Positions 43,784 through 55,681 of a stretch of 64,000 nt of DNA are shown one piece after another. The position numbers and the translations under genes are program-made. The stretch's first letter is position 1, and the number at the start of each line of letters is the position of its first letter. Under the pieces are notes generated by a model. The model did no database searches. It was given only the letters and a program-made list of their open reading frames with translations, and was not told the origin of the DNA. The stretch is taken from contig CAWJGT010000023.1 of assembly GCA_963842525.1 (NCBI GenBank), forward strand, positions 128,001 to 192,000, given 5' to 3'. Origin of the DNA: an uncultured Holophagales bacterium. GTDB taxonomy: Bacteria; Acidobacteriota; Thermoanaerobaculia; Multivoradales; UBA5704.

Positions 43784-46170
43784 TCTTCTTCACCTACGAC
43801 AGTATTTTTCCGGGCCACGACGCGGCCCTGAGGGTCCAACAAGACCACGGTCGCCGCGGTTCCTTCGTCATCCGGATTCTCCACGACGAGGGAGCTTTCT
43901 CCTTCAGCACTGACGGGTTTGGGCTGCGCATCCTTGGCAAGGGAACTCGCCGGGTCAGCGGCTTTGGTACGTAGGTCCACCTGCCAATCAGTTCCGGAGG
44001 ACACAACCTGGATGCGGCAACGCAACCCGAGCCACCGGACAGAGACCACGGCCGGCGGCGGGCCGGCCGGCTGGGCAGCGCGCACCACGAAGCCCGGCAC
44101 GACGCACTCCTGCAAGCTTAGACTGCCGTGGGAGTATTCGATTCCCCCGCGGAAGCTGCCGATTCCAGGCGCGAGCGCGATCCGTATGTCGGGATTCCAG
44201 TGCCATGGAGCTGTCGGGAGATCGACCTTCGATCCTGGCTTGAGGATTCCGCAGCGCGTCCATTGGGTTTCTACCAGGTAATGGGGCATTTCCACTTTCG
44301 GGAGATTTCCCGGAACGAGGAGCCAACCATGGTCCGTGACCACGCGGACCTCACGCCAGCCCGCCTCAAGGAGGCACCTGATGCGGTCCACGAGGCCGGC
44401 GATTTCTTCGGAAATGCGGCCCGCGAGCTTCGCCCCCTCTTTGTGCCCTCGCCGGTCAATTTCTCCGCATTCGGTCCATGCACGGCCTGTGGGGTCGCCG
44501 GTATCGTCACCGCGCAAATCCTGAAAGCCTCGCTCGGTCAGGAGCTTGCGGAAGCGCTCGCTGGTCAGCGGCTGGCCCGTGGCGCGGACCAAGGGGCGGA
44601 ACGGATCGCCGTCGATTCCCTCTCCGGTGACGAGATCGGCCACGGGTGAGGCCGCAGGCTTGGCCGTGGGAGTGACCGGAGGCAGGGGAACCCAGCGCCA
44701 GCTCTCTTCGACGAGCAAGCCGTCTGACTCCAGGGCTGTGCGCAAGCGTTTGCCGACATCGAGGCGTAAGCCGTCCGCAAAGACGATGCAGGTTCCCGGC
44801 TCGATCGCAGCCAGCTCCCGAGGTGTCGCGCCCTGGATGTCCCGAGGGTTCTCGCGAACGAGATCCTGGAAGCGCTCGGCTCCCGCTTCAAGCCATGGAT
44901 TGTAGACAGCTTGGACCGCGGTCTTGACGGCGGCCAGATCCGCAGCACTGGCGACCCCTGCGAGAGCGTCGAGAACCGCGGCGTCAGCCCGCCAGCCCTC
45001 GGCCACGTAGGCCCTAGCCATGGCGGGCGCATCCTCGCCTCCGAGCTTCGTCCGTGTCGCACGGGCCAGAAGGGACAGAGGCTCGAGTACCCTTGCGAGC
45101 GGTGCCTGCTCCAGCTTTGCCCAGACCCATCCGCGGCGCTCACCGTGCATCGACTCGAGCTTCTCGATCTCAGTGGCGGCGGCATCCGGCGGGAGCGAGC
45201 CGAGGCGCTCCAGGGTGCTCCGCAGCTCGGCCTCGGCCCTTTCGTTGCATTGGGGCCAGCACTCGCGCTTGAAAAACAGGGAGTCCTCGTCTTTCGGTTT
45301 CGCGCGGCGCATAAGCACCGTCAAGTTCGGGTAAGCCTTCGGCGCCTCCTCGAACCGTGACCACACCAGATCCCACTTCTTGTCCCGCGTTCCCAGACTT
45401 TCCGCCGCCACCAGCTCTCCGTCTTTTTCGGGATCGAAGTGGTAACGCTCCCGGCAAGCATCGCGGAATACCTGCCACTCCTCGGTCGTCCAGCCCTGGC
45501 GCGTCGCCGCGGGCGCATTGAGCCAGCGGAGGAGCTGTTTCACGTGGTCCGGATGGAGGAGGGCGTGGAAGTCGGCCGCGTAGAGAGGGCGCACGCGCAG
45601 CTCTGCCACGGGGGTGTCGGCGAGCTTGGCGAGAGCATGAAGAATGGATTCCCGCGTGGTGGGGTCGCTTACCACGTCGAGCTCAAGCCCGCCGCGCTTG
45701 GAGCTGAGGAAGCCGGAGACGGTCCAGTCCTTCGTATTCTCCTGGGTAAACCACACTCCCCGGTATTGCAGTTCTGCCAGGGGTTGGAGCTCTCGCGGGC
45801 ATTCCTCGACTGCACGAAGCTCTTGCCGACTGACTCCCGGGAGGTACAGGATAGGAACCACTTGCTCGGGCCAGTCCGCCTCTGGAAGCGTGCGCGCGAG
45901 CATGCACTTGAGCCAGATCGCAGGTCCCGTCCGCTCACGCGGTGCATAGGTGCCGAGCGTCAGCAGTTCCGGGAGAGCTTCGCGCAGCCGGTACGCGAGT
46001 GGCTCCCACTGGCGGTCCTTATCCGTCCAGAGGATGACATCTGGCCGAGTCTGATCCTGTGCGTTGTACTCGCTGGCTCGCCGGAGCGCCCGCACCAACT
46101 CGAAGAGAACCGTGCCCTCGCGTAGGTTTGTGGGCTCGCGCTGCGGCGCCGCTGCGGTACTTTTGGCCAT
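43780..46170 (-). CDS. pglZ: BREX alkaline-phosphatase-fold protein PglZ
   Basis: FADGLRLD, LPPVTPTAK, IDRRGH, VTDHGW, YSHGSLSLQE. Confidence 0.9.
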   Translation of the reverse strand: MAKSTAAAPQREPTNLREGTVLFELVRALRRASEYNAQDQTRPDVILWTDKDRQWEPLAYRLREALPELLTLGTYAPRERTGPAIWLKCMLARTLPEADWPEQVVPILYLPGVSRQELRAVEECPRELQPLAELQYRGVWFTQENTKDWTVSGFLSSKRGGLELDVVSDPTTRESILHALAKLADTPVAELRVRPLYAADFHALLHPDHVKQLLRWLNAPAATRQGWTTEEWQVFRDACRERYHFDPEKDGELVAAESLGTRDKKWDLVWSRFEEAPKAYPNLTVLMRRAKPKDEDSLFFKRECWPQCNERAEAELRSTLERLGSLPPDAAATEIEKLESMHGERRGWVWAKLEQAPLARVLEPLSLLARATRTKLGGEDAPAMARAYVAEGWRADAAVLDALAGVASAADLAAVKTAVQAVYNPWLEAGAERFQDLVRENPRDIQGATPRELAAIEPGTCIVFADGLRLDVGKRLRTALESDGLLVEESWRWVPLPPVTPTAKPAASPVADLVTGEGIDGDPFRPLVRATGQPLTSERFRKLLTERGFQDLRGDDTGDPTGRAWTECGEIDRRGHKEGAKLAGRISEEIAGLVDRIRCLLEAGWREVRVVTDHGWLLVPGNLPKVEMPHYLVETQWTRCGILKPGSKVDLPTAPWHWNPDIRIALAPGIGSFRGGIEYSHGSLSLQECVVPGFVVRAAQPAGPPPAVVSVRWLGLRCRIQVVSSGTDWQVDLRTKAADPASSLAKDAQPKPVSAEGESSLVVENPDDEGTAATVVLLDPQGRVVARKNTVVGEEE

Positions 46171-49100
46171 CTATTTCCCTCGCGGGGCCCGCGCGGCGCG
46201 TTTCTCAGTGTTGGTGTAGTGGCAATCGTTCACCCGCTCGCCGGTGAACTCGCCGTTCTTCCAGAACCAGGGGAACTGCTCCTCGGGGCGAAGGCTCTGT
46301 GAGTCGGTGCCGCGGTCCTTGGTCCAGTTGATACGTGGGTCTTTGCGAAGCACGCCAGCTTCCACGAAGGGGCGGATGTTCGTGCGCACACCGTCATTCA
46401 GATCCGGATCCCAGCCGATGGGCTGGGAATCGAGGGGCTTCCAGCGGACGAAGATGTCGTAGGGCGGCTCACCTTCGAGAATTAGGGCAAGTTTCCTCTG
46501 GAGGGTCTCGACCGCTGCAAGGCGGTCTTCTGCGCCAGGCTCCCCGGCTTCCATCCCATGGCGTTGATGTATGATCCAGTCACCGAGTACCGTGTAGGCG
46601 AGGCGCTCAAGGAGTTTGTGGTCCAGTTTGTGATAGTTGACGAGAGCCGCGAAACCGTCGCGCCGTCCGTCCCAGATGTGCCAGATAAAGGGATTCTGAT
46701 GAAAAATTTCGCAGTGCTGCTCGAAGAATCTATCGCGTAGCCAGTTTTCGAGAGAGCTGCCTGAAAACCCTGCCTTATCAAGGAGGCTCAGGCAGCGTGG
46801 CCGGCGTCCACGCAACGTCATAAGCTTGCACGATAAGTCTATGGATTCGGTCCGCAGCAGCCTGCTCGCCACGCACGGGCGGGATGCATACAATTCCGTC
46901 AAGATCGACAAAGCTGAGTAAATCGGCACACCGCTGGGCCAGACCCCTGGCCCGGCTGCTGAGGTGCATAGTTTCATCGACCTCCGCAGGCCAGCGGTAG
47001 CCTAACAGACGCGCCAGCACCACCTGCAATGGCGCACTAGAGGCCTCCGGGCGGCCATGAAACAGCCACTGCGTCGGATCGTCGCTCTCTGGTTCAGGCA
47101 ACCCGCCGGGATATTTCTCGGCGGCCATTTTTTGCCAGTGACTAAGGTCAAAAGGGACCTTACTAACTGTGGCATTGTTCACCTTAACGGACTGCTCTAG
47201 GTCCTTAAGAAAACCCTTGAAGAGAGGAGAGCAGATGAATGCCCATAAAGCTGGAAGATGAGCCTCGTTCTTTGGCACTACGGCGGTCACGTTGCTGTCA
47301 AAAATTTCACCAAAGTACCTGGCGGCCGTGACGCCGCCCATGAGCTTTACGACCACTCCCTGTCTGCCCCATGCGGATCGCCCTTGTAATCTTGCGAAAG
47401 GCGACTCACCTTGCTCAAAGTCTACTGCATAAGAGGCTCCATCGACTAGTCGAGTAGCCCTTGGTGCGCCATGCAGCAATCGCCATCGCGTACCAACACT
47501 TTGCACTTCCCACCAGTTCCGCCGTAGTCGACCGTCATCTCCTGTCTTTATGCCTTGCGGCGCCAAAGCATAAAAGGCAAGAGGAGAATGAGGAGACAGT
47601 GACTTCATGCCGATTCGCGCGTCGGGATTCGTAAGTTGCTCTTTCTGTTCAAATAATAGCGTGATGTCCTCGGTACCAGAACGAAGGGCAGCCTCCTTGT
47701 AGGCATGCTTCTTTGACGCGGAAGCATCCAAGCCGAACGCGACATGTTTAAGGTGAGCAGCTGAGTTAGTGATAACCACTAATGCGGTAGTTGCGGCCCA
47801 GAAATTCATGCGTCGGAACGCATTAGCACCAAGTCGAACGATGACATCCAGTTGCGATTCGCGGAGTAGGCGACTACGAGTGTCAACGTATGCAGGAAGG
47901 AAGAGCCAGTTTTGCGGGGTGACTAGTGCTGCTGAGCCGCCTCTGTCGCAGAGATCCAGGCAGCGAAGTACGAAACCGGTGGCTAGATCGGCCTTACTTT
48001 TACCATAATGTTTCTCAACATGAATCTTAAGCGCGTCGTCCTGCTTGCCCCGGCCGAGGTAGGGAACGTTAGTGATGACCAACGTGTGCGACTGAGCCAA
48101 GATCGCCCCGGCGCTTGCCAATCCCTGCGCTACGATTCCGACCTCAATGGCCTGCGCGTCACTTCTCACCTCCTCGCGAGCAAGCGCGTGTTCTACCAAT
48201 GGCCGCAGCTCGTCAAAGGGTACTTCTTGGAGAACTCTCTGCTCCAACTCTCGCCGCGGATCGATTAGACTTCCAAGGATGGGAGAATCCTTAAACAAAT
48301 GGTAGAGACGCCGGATACCCTGCCGCAGGCGTTCGTCCTTACCTGCCAACTTGAGCCACTCCTCTTCCTTCGCTCCAACCGAAAGTCCTGAGCACGCAAT
48401 ATGGAGCTTAGGCAGAGGTCGATAGCCACCGGCCTCAGGGTAGGTCCAAGCTGAGAGAGCCAAGTTGAAAGCTGCGATCTGCGTGCACCGCTCGTCGATC
48501 TCCAAGCCGAAGAGGTTTTCGCGCACTACCGCCTCACACGCCTGCCGGGCCGATAGCTCCTCCTCGATCCTTCGGAGGGACACGAGAATACGGAAAGCTT
48601 CCACAAGAAAGTGCCCCGAACCGCAGCAGGGGTCGAGCACCGCAATGTCGGCAGCCCGGTCGGGCCACCCATTGAAGGTGCCCGCCGTCGGGCGCCATGG
48701 ACTGCGCTCCTCCGGGCGTATAAATCGTAGATAGCTCCACTCGTAACCGGGAAGCGCACATGCAGCCCGAAGCTCCACTTCGCTCGTTGCCGTGACAGCC
48801 AGATCCGGCTTCTGGGCCAACACCTTTCCCGCCCACCAGGCACCCAAGGTGTTGTGGAGCAGGAACTGCACCATGTACGGCTCGGTAAAGAGCTGCGTAA
48901 CCGCCGGAAGCTCGTCGGCACCAATCTTGTGGCCACTCTTGTTGACTTCCTTCTTCCGTTTTGATTGCCAGAACTGGTAGACCCAGCCCAGGCCGTCGTC
49001 GGCTGTGAAGACCTCGCTCGGAAGCCCGGCGAGAAACCTCTCCAATGGTTGCTGATGCTCAGGCGCCAGACGCACAGAGAGGACGGGATCGTCCGGCCGG

Positions 49101-49533
49101 AAAATCGCGGGCAGCATCCGGGCCGCGAAACGAGCGGCCAAAGTCCATCCGTTCTCCACGCCAGCCTCGGCCGCGAGCTCCTCGCATTCAGCGAGCGTCA
49201 CGGGCACTTCGTGATCGGGGTGGATGAGGAGTTGATTCTCGGCCAAGAAGCGGGCAAAGAGCATCCGGTGCCAGTGTTCGTAGGCACATTCTGAAACCAG
49301 GTGCCCGATCTCCTGTTCGCCGTTCGCCTTGCGGGAGTCACCGAGTTGGCGCGCATGGGCTCGGAGATGGGTCCGGAGCTCTCGATCTCCGCCGGAGTCA
49401 TGGTGGCGAACGGCTCGGCAAGCCCGACGGCCAAGCGCTGGAGCGACGCGCGGGCGCCCTCTTCTGCCTCGTCACGGGCCTTAACCACCGTGTTTTCGAG
49501 CCGGCTTCTGAGTGATTCCGGAAGTGATGACAT
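46171..49533 (-). CDS. pglX: BREX adenine methyltransferase PglX (apparent frameshifts near 49385 and 46795)
   Basis: PAVTQLFTE, DPCCGSGHF (motif I), NVPY (motif IV), PFIWHIWDG, PDLNDGVRTNI. Confidence 0.88.
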
Positions 49534-49549
49534 CAAGCCTGTCCTCTTG

Positions 49550-52500
49550 TCAAACGATCACGGGACCATCGCCGAGCTTTTCGCGGACCGTTGCCTCTGC
49601 CCTCTTGAGCCAGTCCTTGAGCTCCTCACCGTTATGAATCGTTGCCGTGGGAAGCGTGACGCGGACGGCTTTCGGCTCGAGCAGCCGGGCTGCCTCTTCG
49701 AGAGCCCTCGCGAACCGCAGCAGGAGTGCGTCGCGGCGGGTACCCCAGGATTCGAGCGAGATCTCCGCGAGGGAAGCCAACAGCTCCTCCTCAGTACCGA
49801 CACGGATCTCCGGAACTCCGGCCACCTCCTGCCGATTCAGGATGTCTGCCTGCTGCTCCGCTGAGAGACGCTGCCAAGTGTCAGTGGCGGCGAGACGGTC
49901 CTTCTCCTGTCCATAGAGGATTGTATAGGCCTCTCTCTCCTTCTGCAGCGCTTCGCGGAGAGCCTGGACAAGCCTGCCGATGAGCGGTGTTACCGGATCG
50001 GGCTCATTCAACAGTGCCCGGTTCTTCCGCAGAGCATCCACCTGAGGAGCCACTTCGGCAGCGACCGGAAGCGCTCGCGCGTGCATCGCGAGCCTTTCGA
50101 GCACCTGCCAGCGCGGGTGGCGTTTCACGATCAGATCCACCCGGCCGCTCCACTCGGCGTTCCAGGCCGAGAGCTCGTCGCGGGCATCGAACAGGGCAAC
50201 GAGCTGTTCATTGCCCGCAAGTGCGGCGAACTCGTCGAGCCGCGGCGGGTTTGGAACTGAAGGTAGGGGCGCATCCCCGCCGGCGCGCTTGGCCAAGTCT
50301 TTCAGAGCCCGAAGGTAATCGCGGGCCGCAGCTACCTCGTCGTCAGCGGCGGCCTGGATCCCCGCCTCCTGGAAGAGCCTTCGCAAGGCGATTTTCTGGG
50401 GAGCCGTGACCGTGGCGCTTTCACGCCGGAAATCGGCCACGCCCAGATTTTTCTGATCGAGATGCTTATGGTTGAGGGCCCTGGCATCCTGTGCGGCACG
50501 CAGGTGGCTGGTGGCGACCAGGAGGATCAGTGCGCCGTCGATCGCATCCTGGGGCCAGCCATAGGGCGGAGCCTCGAAGTGCTTGCGGATCTCCCGGCCC
50601 CTCTTGCCTCCGGCGACGAAGCCGAGAAGGGCGTGGCAGACCCGGTGCTTCTCGGAATCGCCTGTAAACTCCACAACTGTAAGAGCATCGGCGGCTCCCT
50701 TCTGTGCTCTCTCGATCACCTTGCCCCAGTTCGCATGGTCCGCATGATTGAAGAGAGGGTAGAGGCGCAGCAGGGCATCGGCAGCGGCGTCCTTCACCTT
50801 CTCGGCGAGACTTGAACCGGACTGCTCGCTACCACCAGCGAGAATCACGCGAGCGCCCGCGAGGACCTCCCCGAGGAGCTCGTCGCGTTGCTGCTCGGCG
50901 ATGCGCTGCCGCGTCGCCATACCCTGGCGCGCCTCGTGACCTTCGTTTGTGCCCGGCTTGCCCTTGGCGGCCAGAGTCTCGTCCGCGGCTTTGGCGTTCG
51001 CCAGATGCTTCTTGAGCTCACCGGTCCCATGCTCGGGGAGATACATGATCACGAGAGGGCTCTCGGGACCTGCGGCACGCGCATCGGCGAGGACTGATCT
51101 CTCGTCGTCGGTCCAGCCGTCTCGCACCCAGACAGGCACTTCGGGAACGCCTGTGGGGGGTGCGTCCGGCCCGAAGTGGGGCTGGATCTTGCGTTGGATC
51201 TTGCTCTTGCCATGGACGAGCCTCACACCCTTGAGCGCTTCGGCCACGCGTTCCCGCAGGCGGTCTGCCCGCTCGATGGCGAGCCCGGCGTTGTCGTTCT
51301 GGATGCGGGAGAGGCGGTCGCGGTATTCGCTTTCCCAGGCGGCGCTCTCCCGAGTCTGTATCCGATACTCCTCGCCCACCTGGATCAGCGCCCCCGCCTC
51401 GACCAACTCTTCCAGGAGTGGGGGGATACGGATCTTCCGCAGCTCGTGGCTCCCCTTCTCCAGATCCTCGACAAGGAGATCCGCCAGCATGTCGGGCGTG
51501 GCGCGGAGGCCTGAGTCGGCGCCGGCTTCGGGCCGGAGCTTCCCGATCAGGAAGCAGAGAGCACACAGGCGCGATTTGAGGCGTCCGGACTCGCTGCCGT
51601 CGTCGAGGCGCTCGATCACCTCCTGGATCTCGCGGAGCAATGCTCCCGACTGGACCATCTGCGTCTTGTTCTGGTGGTAGAGAAAGTCCGCCGGAACGAC
51701 GTTCATCAGGTCTTTATCCGCAGTGGCGATCACGGCCTCATAGACGTTGATAAGCTGGTTGCGGAAGCTCGGCCTTGGTCCCGGTGGGATCGATAGCCCG
51801 GAGGGCCAGCTCCCAGAAGCGGCGGCGCGTTGGGAGGAGAGGGTAGTCGGCCACGAGAACCTCGTCATCCTCCGGACGCGGAGCGAGCCGGGTACCGGGA
51901 AGGTGGCGGGAGATCTCACCGCTGGACTCGGTCAGTCGCTGGCGAAGGATCGTTTCCTTGTCGGGCTTCTTGGCCAGCACGATCTTGCGAACGACAGTAT
52001 CCACGTCCCTATCGGAAAGCTCGATCGAAATCCTGAAGCGGGCCTGGAGCTTCTGGAGCTGGGGTGTGCCCGTAATGGCGGTCTGGCCGGTGCCGACGAA
52101 GAGAATGCGGGCGCCGAAGCGCTTCGAGCAGGCTTCCGCGACCTCCTGTACGCGATAGGCCCGTTCGGTGCTGGTCTCGCCGATGTACTGCTGCACCTCG
52201 TCGAGGACAATCAGCGTGGCCGGAAGCTTGCCTCCGGCACCGAGCGCCTCCTCTATGGCGCTGGTCATGTCTGCGTCGGAGATGTCGTTCGGCCGTTGAA
52301 ACTGCGCGGTGATCTGACCGAGGACCGCCTCTTCGCTCGGGGCAAACGTTGGGTGCACGGCGAGGAGAGCCTTGGCGAGGACCGGGGAGACGTAGAGGTC
52401 CTTGAGCTCGCGGTCGAAGGCGCGGCCTTCCGCCTCGATCGCTTTCTGCACGGCGCCGAGGAATCCGTTCCTCTTGAGGAAGAGGACGAACCGGGCGGCG

Positions 52501-53009
52501 GCGTAGTCTTCCGGCAGGCCGGCCGAGCGGAAGATGAGCCCGAGGAGAGCGAGGCGCACGCTGCCTCCGGCCCCGGCCCCCAACTTGCCGCCGGCGGCAT
52601 GGAGGCCGCCGAGCCGCTTGCCCTGGGTGGACAGCTCCCGGAGCTGGGCATGGATGTCGTCGGGAAGATGATAGGCGAGGCCACGGGCGGTGGCGCCGTC
52701 CTGGAACCGATAGTCCGTCCACAGGAAGCGCAGCATCTTCACGAGGTGGGACTTGCCGCTCCCGTAGAAGCCGCTCACCCAGACCGCCGGCTGCTCCTCC
52801 CGGTCGAGGCTCGCGAGGTAGGTCGAGAGGATGCGTTCGAGGCCCTGGGCGTACTGCCCCTCGCACACGAAGGTTTGGAGCTCATGGCGAAGGGTGCGGA
52901 TCTCCTGCTCCGAGCCCGGCTCCGCGACCTCGACGACGCCGTTGTTGACGAGCCGGTTCTCAAGCGGATCCTTGAGGAAGACATCCCGGTTCTTGATGTG
53001 CTGCGTCAT
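49550..53009 (-). CDS. brxC: BREX P-loop ATPase BrxC (apparent frameshift near 51765)
   Basis: WVSGFYGSGKSH, LDEVQQYI, YPLLP, PPYGWPQDAIDG. Confidence 0.9.
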
Positions 53010-53561
53010 GCGCTCTCCAAGCCGCCGGCCGCCGTGATGGGCACCGCATGGTAGTTCCAGCCATCTCGAGCGTCGAGAAGGCGATAGGTGTTGTCCTGGT
53101 ACTCGCCGGGGAAGAAAACGAGGAGGCGGCCCGGAATGGAATTCTGGACCATCTCCATCAGCCTCGCCACCTTCATGAATCCGAAGAGCGCGGCCACGCC
53201 TGTCACGGCGACGACTGTGCAGCTCGTCCGTCTCCTCCAGGACCCGCAGGACCTCGCCGGCCACGGCCGCCTCGAAGTCGGGATGAGGGATCAGGAGCTT
53301 CTGGGGAGACTTGAAGTAGGCCTCGCGGTATTCCTGCTGGGCCATCCAGCGGGCAAAGGCGCCGATCAGGTCGCAGGATCGCCAGCCGTGGCCAGCCTCT
53401 TTCGTGGCGATCTCGAAGCTGGTCAGGTGCAGGCGGAGCCGGCGCTCGTCGGCGGGGTCGTAGACGGCGAACCAGACGCGCTGCTGTCCTGGCAGCGACC
53501 GGTCCCAGGGGAGGGAGACGTACCGGGTGTAGCTCGCGCGCAGTGCTTCAAGTCGATTCAC
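53006..53561 (-). CDS. brxB: BREX BrxB (DUF1788-like; apparent frameshift near 53222)
   Basis: VYDPADERRLR; GRLLVFFPGEY..YRLLDARDGWNY; position between brxA and brxC. Confidence 0.8.
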
Positions 53562-54363
53562 GAAGGACTACCTCTTCCTCGGGGGTCAGAAGTCTCGGGA
53601 ATCCTACATCGACAACCGACCCGACGCGACGCAAGTCGATCCTCCCGCGCTGGGAGGCCGCGGCGGCCAACTCGTACAGCGTCTCGGTCGGCACATCCAG
53701 GAGAGCCGTCCAGAAGGTCGAGAAGAGGAGCTGGCCGCGCGCTCCGGCGAGCCGGCCGAGGACGAGAGCATAGACCGCCGCCTCCGGGGAGAGGACGGGA
53801 TGGGCACGCTTGCGGATCTTGCCCTGGGTCAGGTAGCCGGACTGCGTCCAGGAGGAGAGGAGATTTCTGCCGATCGACTGAAGAGTCTTGGGGCTGAAGC
53901 GATCCGGGGCCGCCTGTGCCATCGCCTGGGCGAAGTCACCGGAGCTGACGGGCGAGCCGATCGGGGTCTGCAGGACGACTGCGGCGCTGGTCCGCAGGAG
54001 GGGGTCGCGGGCACACGCACAGAGGACCGCCAGGAGCGGCCGACCGGCTGAATCGACCTCCCAGATTTGGCGAAAGCACCGAAAGACCGTCAGGCGCGGA
54101 TCGAGGCCGTAGAGCTCGCGCAGCTTCTTCCAGGACCAGAGGCGTGTGGAGGCGGTTCCTTTGCCCAGGGCATTCTCTTCGAGAATGGCGGCGCGGTAGG
54201 CGTCGCTCGACGCGCCGGCCGGGGTCGCAGCGAGGAGCTGCTCCAGGTCGGCCAGCATGATGCTGCGGCTGGCATGGGTGCCCCGCTCCCCGGAGCGGAA
54301 GCCGAAGCGGGCCGGGAGGTCGGCGGGGAGGACGTTGTACTGAAGAGGTGCGATTCTCGCCAT
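53548..54363 (-). CDS. brxA: BrxA-like protein
   Basis: First gene of the operon; ILEENALGKGTASTR..LRELYGLD, RNLLSSWTQSG. Confidence 0.65.
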   Translation of the reverse strand: MARIAPLQYNVLPADLPARFGFRSGERGTHASRSIMLADLEQLLAATPAGASSDAYRAAILEENALGKGTASTRLWSWKKLRELYGLDPRLTVFRCFRQIWEVDSAGRPLLAVLCACARDPLLRTSAAVVLQTPIGSPVSSGDFAQAMAQAAPDRFSPKTLQSIGRNLLSSWTQSGYLTQGKIRKRAHPVLSPEAAVYALVLGRLAGARGQLLFSTFWTALLDVPTETLYELAAAASQRGRIDLRRVGSVVDVGFPRLLTPEEEVVLREST

Positions 54364-54443
54364 CTTGGGTTCCGGACGGCGGGAAGTCTATGGGGTGAGA
54401 AGGGTGGGGGCAAGGGAGGCTTCAGCGGTCTGGTCCTCGCTGA

Positions 54444-55010
54444 TTAAGGTAGAGCTACGCCACCCGCGGGAGTTTGCGCGGACCGAGAGACGAGGCCTTT
54501 CACCAGCAGATCCGCCTGGACCCAGGGCATAGGTGCCCCGTTCTGAAGGAAGCGCAGGCGAATCACGTCCAGGCGGGGAGGCCAGGGTTGGAGGCTCAGC
54601 TCCTCACAGAGGCTCACGAGATCTGCGAGTGGGCCGCGCACACTGAAAAGCACCGGGTTTTCGAGTGCCGCCTCCGTGGCGACTCCTGGGGTGGGTTGCA
54701 GCCGCCGGATCTCGAGGTCGTGAGCCGCGGCGAGGCGCTGCAATCTACTCAGCAAAACGGCCTTTCCCGTAGGCTCCGCGCTCGCGGCAAGAGCTTCTTC
54801 GAGCAGGCGAGCCTCCTCGCGGAACCTGGGAAGTTGCTGCTCGGCTGCTCTACCCTCCTGGATCTTGGTCTGCAACTCGGCGAGCGTTGCTTCCCTGCTC
54901 TGGATGTCGTCCCGGACGGAGGCCGATAGGAGCCAGTGTCCCGCGAAGCCCGTGATCACAGCCGCAGCCAGGAAGGCAGGAAGCCTGGACAGTACATGGG
55001 TGATCTTCAT
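54444..55010 (-). CDS. PilO-like protein
   Basis: N-terminal TM, coiled coil KIQEGRAAEQQLPRFREE, ferredoxin-like tail. Confidence 0.6.
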   Translation of the reverse strand: MKITHVLSRLPAFLAAAVITGFAGHWLLSASVRDDIQSREATLAELQTKIQEGRAAEQQLPRFREEARLLEEALAASAEPTGKAVLLSRLQRLAAAHDLEIRRLQPTPGVATEAALENPVLFSVRGPLADLVSLCEELSLQPWPPRLDVIRLRFLQNGAPMPWVQADLLVKGLVSRSAQTPAGGVALP

Positions 55011-55576
55011 TGGGCGTCCTCGCTGCCAGGAATTGGGGCCTGGATCTCGAAAACGCCCTCGAAAGCAGCCGCTCCCGGCTCATCGGAGAGTGTGCCGCGC
55101 ACTCCAGTCGCTTGCGCAATTTCCTGGAGCAGAGCGAGAACCGCGGCGCGATCACCAGTAGCCCGGAGACTCATCTCGTCGCCTTCGATGGACAGGCGAT
55201 CGAGACCGGCATTGTGCGCAGTGGCTCCCGACAGTTGCCTCAGCACGAGAAGGACCGTTGCCTCTCGCCTCTCGGAAGTCCTCTTGAAACTTGCGTGATC
55301 AACGAAGTTTTCAAGTTCGATTTTGTGGGCTTTATAGTTTTCGATCTCCTCAATCACGGAGCCCAGAGCCTCGACCTCAGCTTGGGCTGAGGCGATCCAC
55401 TCTATCTGGGCCTCGCGATCCGACCGCAGGACCCGGCCATCGTAGTACACAATGACCAACACGCCGACGACTGCACCGTAGAGAGCCGCACGTGCTTGTG
55501 GATGGAGTTGCTGGTGACGCGCCCAGAGCCAGGAGGCGGCCCGGCGAGAGCCCTGAATCATCTCCTTGAACGCCAT
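55007..55576 (-). CDS. PilN-like protein
   Basis: TM, coiled coil (IEEIENYKAHKIELE), LDRLSIEGDEMSLRA. Confidence 0.55.
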   Translation of the reverse strand: MAFKEMIQGSRRAASWLWARHQQLHPQARAALYGAVVGVLVIVYYDGRVLRSDREAQIEWIASAQAEVEALGSVIEEIENYKAHKIELENFVDHASFKRTSERREATVLLVLRQLSGATAHNAGLDRLSIEGDEMSLRATGDRAAVLALLQEIAQATGVRGTLSDEPGAAAFEGVFEIQAPIPGSEDAQ

Positions 55577-55681
55577 ACTTCCCCTCATGCTAGCATTTCT
55601 TGAAAGCTCCTGGATTAGCCGACGCCCGGTGAAGCCGGTGCTGGTCACGGTGGCGAGGTCTGGACTGTCCTGATTGGAGAG

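Larger units (their letters stand above)
26300..54363. mobile_element. Integrative element / defence island; right boundary not determined and may extend further
   Basis: Integrase-AlpA-XRE-Rep module directly after housekeeping genes, followed by IS copies, repeats, AT-richer cargo and BREX; no att duplication found. Confidence 0.75.
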
